Positions 34,674 to 38,323 of a DNA stretch of 38,323 nt are shown in pieces. Source of the stretch: Acidobacteriota bacterium (lineage in GTDB: Bacteria > Acidobacteriota > Thermoanaerobaculia > Multivoradales > JAHEKO01). Position 1 is the stretch's first letter; the number at the start of each line of letters is the position of its first letter. The notes under the pieces are model-generated. The model was given only the letters and a program-made list of their open reading frames with translations, was not told the DNA's origin and made no database searches. The stretch lies in contig JAOTUP010000001.1 of the NCBI GenBank assembly GCA_029863825.1, positions 1 to 38,323 on the forward strand, written 5' to 3'. Made by a program: the position numbers and the translations under genes.

Positions 34674-36686
34674 CTAGAGCAATCGCTTGGCGACATCGGC
34701 GATGTTTTTTGCCGTCAGCCCGAACGGTTCGTACAGATCTCCGGCTGGAGCCGAGGCGCCGAACCGGTCGACGCCGATGACGCGTCCACGGTCGCCGACA
34801 TAGCGTTCCCAGCCGAACGACACCGCAGCCTCGATGGCGAGCCGTTTCGGAATCGAAGGAGGAAGTACTGTCTCGCGGTACTGACGGGTCTGGGCATCGA
34901 AGAGCTCCCAGGACGGGAGGCTCACGACCCGCGCCGGAATGCCATCGCCGCTGAGCACCGCCTGTGCCTCCAGCGCGAGACTCACTTCTGAGCCGGTGGC
35001 GATGAGAATCAGCTGCGGGTCGCTGTCTGCCGGGTCAGCCAGGACGTATCCACCGCGCGCCACGCCTTCAGTTCCCGCGACGGAGGTCTGTGCCAGGATC
35101 GGCAGCTTCTGACGCGTCAGCACCAGCGCGGTCGGTCCGTGGCGACGTTCGATCGCCACTCTCCAGGCAGCGGCCGTTTCGTTGGCGTCGGCAGGCCGGA
35201 CGACCGTCAAGCCAGGGATCGATCTGAGCGACGCCAGGTGGCTCTCGGGCTGATGCGTCGGACCATCTTCGCCGAGAAAGATCGAGTCGTGAGTGAAGAC
35301 GTAGATGACACCGATCTCCATCAGCGCAGCGAGCCTGATCGCCGGCCGCATGTAGTCGGAGAAGACCAGGAAGGTGCCGCCGTAAGGAATGAGCCCTGGG
35401 GTCAGGGCAAGGCCGTTCATGATCGCACCCATGGCGTGCTCGCGGACTCCGAAGTGGAAATTGCGCCCTCCGTGGACCGACTTGGAGAACGCATCTTCGT
35501 CGGCGAGCCACGTGTTGTTGGAGCCTGCGAGATCGGCAGAGCCGCCGGTGAGCTCGGGAATCACGGATGCGATCGCGTTCAAGACCTTGCCCGAGGCTTT
35601 GCGCGTTGCCAGAGCCCCGTCGCTGGCCGCGAATGAGGGTAGCGCGTCTTCCCAGCCGTCAGGCAGCTCAACCGCGGTCCGGCGCTGAAACTCGGAGGCG
35701 AGATCCGGGTGCTCCTGGCCCCAGCGCACGACCATCTTGTTCCAGGCGGATCCTTGCGCGGCGCCGTCAGTCGAAACGTGTGCAAAGGCTTCCCGCGCCT
35801 CGTCCGGAATGTGGAAGGGCGGATCCTGCGGCCAGCCGAGGCGCTTCTTCGTGAGGTCGATCTCGTCGCTGCCCAGGGGTGAGCCGTGCGAGGAGGCAGT
35901 GTCCTGCTTGTTCGGACTGCCGAAGCCAATGTGGGTGCGAACCCGAACGAGAGTCGGGCGGCTGGTCTCTGCCGCCGCCGCTTGAATCGCCTTGTTGACC
36001 GCTGCGAGGTCGTGTCCGTCGTCGACCGAGACAACGTGCCAGCCGTAGGCATGGAATCGGGCCTGGACGTCCTCGGTGAAGGCGAGCTCGGTTCCGCCCT
36101 CGATCGAGATTCTGTTGTCGTCCCAGAGCACGTTGAGCTTGCCGAGACCGAGATGACCGGCGAGCGAACAGGCCTCGGACGCGACGCCTTCCATGAGGTC
36201 GCCGTCGCTGGCGAAGACCCACGTGCGGTAGTCGATGACCGGAAAGTTCTCACGGTTGAAGTGCGCTGCCAGCATGCGCTCGCCGATCGCCATGCCGACG
36301 GCGTTCGAGATGCCCTGTCCGAGGGGACCGGTCGTCGTCTCGACGCCGGGAGTGAGTCCATGTTCGGGATGCCCAGGCGTCCTCGATTCGAACTGTCGAA
36401 AGCTCTTGATGTCGTCAAGGGTCAGGTCATAGCCGGAAAGATGGAGGAGCGAGTAGATGAGCGCCGAGGCGTGGCCGCAGGAGAGAACAAAGCGGTCGCG
36501 ATTCGGCCAGGCTGGATTTGTCGGGTTGTGCTTGAGGTGTCCCGCCCATAGCACGTAGGCCATCTCGGCCTGGCCCATCGGTGCGCCCGGGTGACCGGAG
36601 TTGGCCTTTTCGACCATGTCGACGGCAAGGAAACGAATGGTATTGACGGCGATCTGGTCGAGGTCGGAGCCGAGAGGGGAGGTCAT
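34674..36686 (-). CDS. tkt: transketolase
   Basis: ATG at codon 37 of ORF 34674..36794, with AGGAGAG upstream. ANSGHPGAPMGQAEMAYVLW, SDGDLMEGVASEA and a C-terminal transketolase domain. 670 aa. Confidence 0.95.
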   Translation of the reverse strand: MTSPLGSDLDQIAVNTIRFLAVDMVEKANSGHPGAPMGQAEMAYVLWAGHLKHNPTNPAWPNRDRFVLSCGHASALIYSLLHLSGYDLTLDDIKSFRQFESRTPGHPEHGLTPGVETTTGPLGQGISNAVGMAIGERMLAAHFNRENFPVIDYRTWVFASDGDLMEGVASEACSLAGHLGLGKLNVLWDDNRISIEGGTELAFTEDVQARFHAYGWHVVSVDDGHDLAAVNKAIQAAAAETSRPTLVRVRTHIGFGSPNKQDTASSHGSPLGSDEIDLTKKRLGWPQDPPFHIPDEAREAFAHVSTDGAAQGSAWNKMVVRWGQEHPDLASEFQRRTAVELPDGWEDALPSFAASDGALATRKASGKVLNAIASVIPELTGGSADLAGSNNTWLADEDAFSKSVHGGRNFHFGVREHAMGAIMNGLALTPGLIPYGGTFLVFSDYMRPAIRLAALMEIGVIYVFTHDSIFLGEDGPTHQPESHLASLRSIPGLTVVRPADANETAAAWRVAIERRHGPTALVLTRQKLPILAQTSVAGTEGVARGGYVLADPADSDPQLILIATGSEVSLALEAQAVLSGDGIPARVVSLPSWELFDAQTRQYRETVLPPSIPKRLAIEAAVSFGWERYVGDRGRVIGVDRFGASAPAGDLYEPFGLTAKNIADVAKRLL

Positions 36687-36788
36687 GACGTGAGGTTCTC
36701 TCCTGGTGCGATCGACAGGTGTTTTGAGGCTTACTCCTGGGCGGAGCGAGCATAGCGGTGGCCGGGAAGGATGCCAAGGGCGAGGAGT

Positions 36789-36847
36789 CCCCAATCCCCC
36801 ACACCCCCCACGCCCTCAGTCCCTCAGCCCCTCACGCCCCCACGCCC
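36789..36847 (-). repeat. G-run array (putative G-quadruplex-forming tract) on the sense strand between glnS and tkt
   Basis: The minus strand reads GGGcgtGGGGGcgtgaGGGGctgaGGGactgaGGGcgtGGGGGGtgtGGGGGattGGGG. That is eight runs of 3-6 G with 3-5 nt loops in 59 nt. Confidence 0.6.
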
Positions 36848-36851
36848 TCTC

Positions 36852-38323
36852 TCATCCTCCCTGCTTTTTCTGAATCTTCGCCCAAGTGTCCCGCAGGCCG
36901 ACCGTGCGGTTGAAGACCAGCTTCTCCGGCGACGAATCCTTCGAGTCGACGCAAAAGTAGCCCTGGCGCTCGAATTGACAGCGAAAACCCGGTTCGGCCG
37001 TGGCGAGACTCGGCTCGACCTGGCAGTCGGAGAGCACTTCGAGAGAGTCCGGGTTCAGCATGTCGGTCGACTCGCGATCCACGTCGCTGTCTGAGTCGTC
37101 CTCCGAGAAGAGGTAGTCGTAGAGACGCACCTCAGCAGGAAGCGCGTGCTCGGCGGAAACCCAGTGGATGGTGCCGCGGACTTTGCGCCCATCGGGAGCG
37201 TAGCCACCTTTCGTGTCCGGGTCGTAGGTGCAGCGCAGCTCGGTGATCTTCCCGGCGGTGTCCTTCACCACCTCGGTGCAGGTGATGAAGTACCCGTAGC
37301 GAAGGCGCACCTCGCGGCCCGGCGCGAGGCGAAAGAACTTCCTTGGCGGCTCTTCCATGAAATCCGAATGTTCGACCCAGAGCTCTCGGGAAAACGGGAT
37401 CGTGCGCATCCCTGCTGACTCGTCTTCCGGGTTGTTCACCGCCTCGAGCTCTTCGGTCTTTCCCTCGGGGTAGTTGTCGATCACCACCTTGAGCGGTCTC
37501 AAAACCGCCATCACCCGCGGCGCTTTCTTGTTGAGGTGCTCGCGGAGACAGTGCTCGAGCATGGCGACGTCAACGGTACTGTTGGCCTTGGCGACGCCGA
37601 TGCGATCGCAGAAGTCACGGATTGCCTCCGGCGTGTAGCCGCGGCGGCGCAGCCCTGAGATCGTCGGCATGCGCGGATCATCCCAGCCATCGACCAGTCC
37701 CTCGTCGACGAGACGCAGAAGCTTGCGCTTGGACAGGATGGTGCGGGTGATGTTCAACCGCGCGAATTCGATCTGTCGCGAGGGATAGATTCCCAGTTCT
37801 TCGATGAACCAGTCGTAGAGCGGTCGGTGGTCCTCGAACTCGAGCGTACAGAGCGAATGGGTGATCTTCTCGATCGAATCGGACTGGCCGTGCGTGAAGT
37901 CATAGGTCGGATAGATCGACCAGTCGTCGCCGCGCCGATAGTGGTGCGCGTGGAGGATTCGGTAGAGAACGGGGTCACGCATGTTGAGGTTGCCGGCCGC
38001 CATGTCGATCTTGGCGCGCAGGACTCGCGAGCCGTCCGGGAACTCGCCGGCTTTCATCCGCGCCAGCAGATCCAGGTTCTGCTCCACCGGGCGATTTCGA
38101 TGCGGGCTCTCTCGTCCCGGCTCGGTCAGCGTGCCGCGATACTCCCGGATCTCGTCACTCGAAAGATCGTCTACGTAGGCCTTGCCTTTTTCAACCAGCC
38201 GGACTGAAAATTCGTAAAGCTGCTCGAAGTAATCAGAGGCGTGAAACTCGCCGTCCCACTCGAACCCCAGCCAGCGTACGTCTTGCTTGATCGAGTCGAC
38301 GTATTCCTGCTTTTCCTTCAGCG
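36852..38323 (-). CDS. glnS: glutaminyl-tRNA synthetase, 5' end beyond window edge
   Basis: Track ORF 36852..38087 begins at an internal Met. The frame stays open upstream to the edge (..[53 protein letters not shown]..). Also [34 protein letters not shown] and an anticodon-binding beta-barrel region. Confidence 0.9.
   Translation of the reverse strand, partial: LKEKQEYVDSIKQDVRWLGFEWDGEFHASDYFEQLYEFSVRLVEKGKAYVDDLSSDEIREYRGTLTEPGRESPHRNRPVEQNLDLLARMKAGEFPDGSRVLRAKIDMAAGNLNMRDPVLYRILHAHHYRRGDDWSIYPTYDFTHGQSDSIEKITHSLCTLEFEDHRPLYDWFIEELGIYPSRQIEFARLNITRTILSKRKLLRLVDEGLVDGWDDPRMPTISGLRRRGYTPEAIRDFCDRIGVAKANSTVDVAMLEHCLREHLNKKAPRVMAVLRPLKVVIDNYPEGKTEELEAVNNPEDESAGMRTIPFSRELWVEHSDFMEEPPRKFFRLAPGREVRLRYGYFITCTEVVKDTAGKITELRCTYDPDTKGGYAPDGRKVRGTIHWVSAEHALPAEVRLYDYLFSEDDSDSDVDRESTDMLNPDSLEVLSDCQVEPSLATAEPGFRCQFERQGYFCVDSKDSSPEKLVFNRTVGLRDTWAKIQKKQGG

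Overview
GC-rich (roughly 63-65% by eye) chromosomal segment from a Gram-negative-type bacterium, judged from the beta-barrel OMP, TonB and O-antigen-ligase-like genes. The phylum cannot be assigned from sequence alone. Most of the window is ordinary housekeeping or accessory metabolism: purD, pdxA, serS, tkt, glnS (5' end off-window), trmH, ricT plus an Hfq-like gene, a NupC-type transporter, two SDRs, two GNATs, and HAD, HD, DDAH, CBS and BI-1 proteins. Many long antisense ORFs in the track are GC-driven shadows. Four parts stand out. (1) The left edge carries a had-oah(bamA) pair, the ring-cleavage end of the anaerobic benzoyl-CoA pathway. oah is missing from the ORF track because it runs off the window. 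(2) An intact tRNA-Ser(UGA) is followed directly by three head-to-tail 163-bp repeats. Each ends in an exact copy of the last 23 nt of the tRNA, and a decayed tRNA-like remnant lies on the opposite strand just after them. No integrase is present in the window. (3) A four-gene minus-strand operon (26786-33054) encodes two alkaline-phosphatase-superfamily 'sulfatase-like' lipoproteins, a secreted cyclophilin and an arylsulfotransferase-like beta-propeller. The two sulfatase-like proteins have Thr where the formylglycine Cys/Ser should be. The three large enzymes all end in the same C-terminal tail, L[KR]ALGY[IL]x-COOH, which I cannot match to a named sorting signal. (4) A dense 8-run G-tract (quadruplex-type) sits on the sense strand between glnS and tkt. 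I could run no searches, so all family calls rest on motifs read from the translations.
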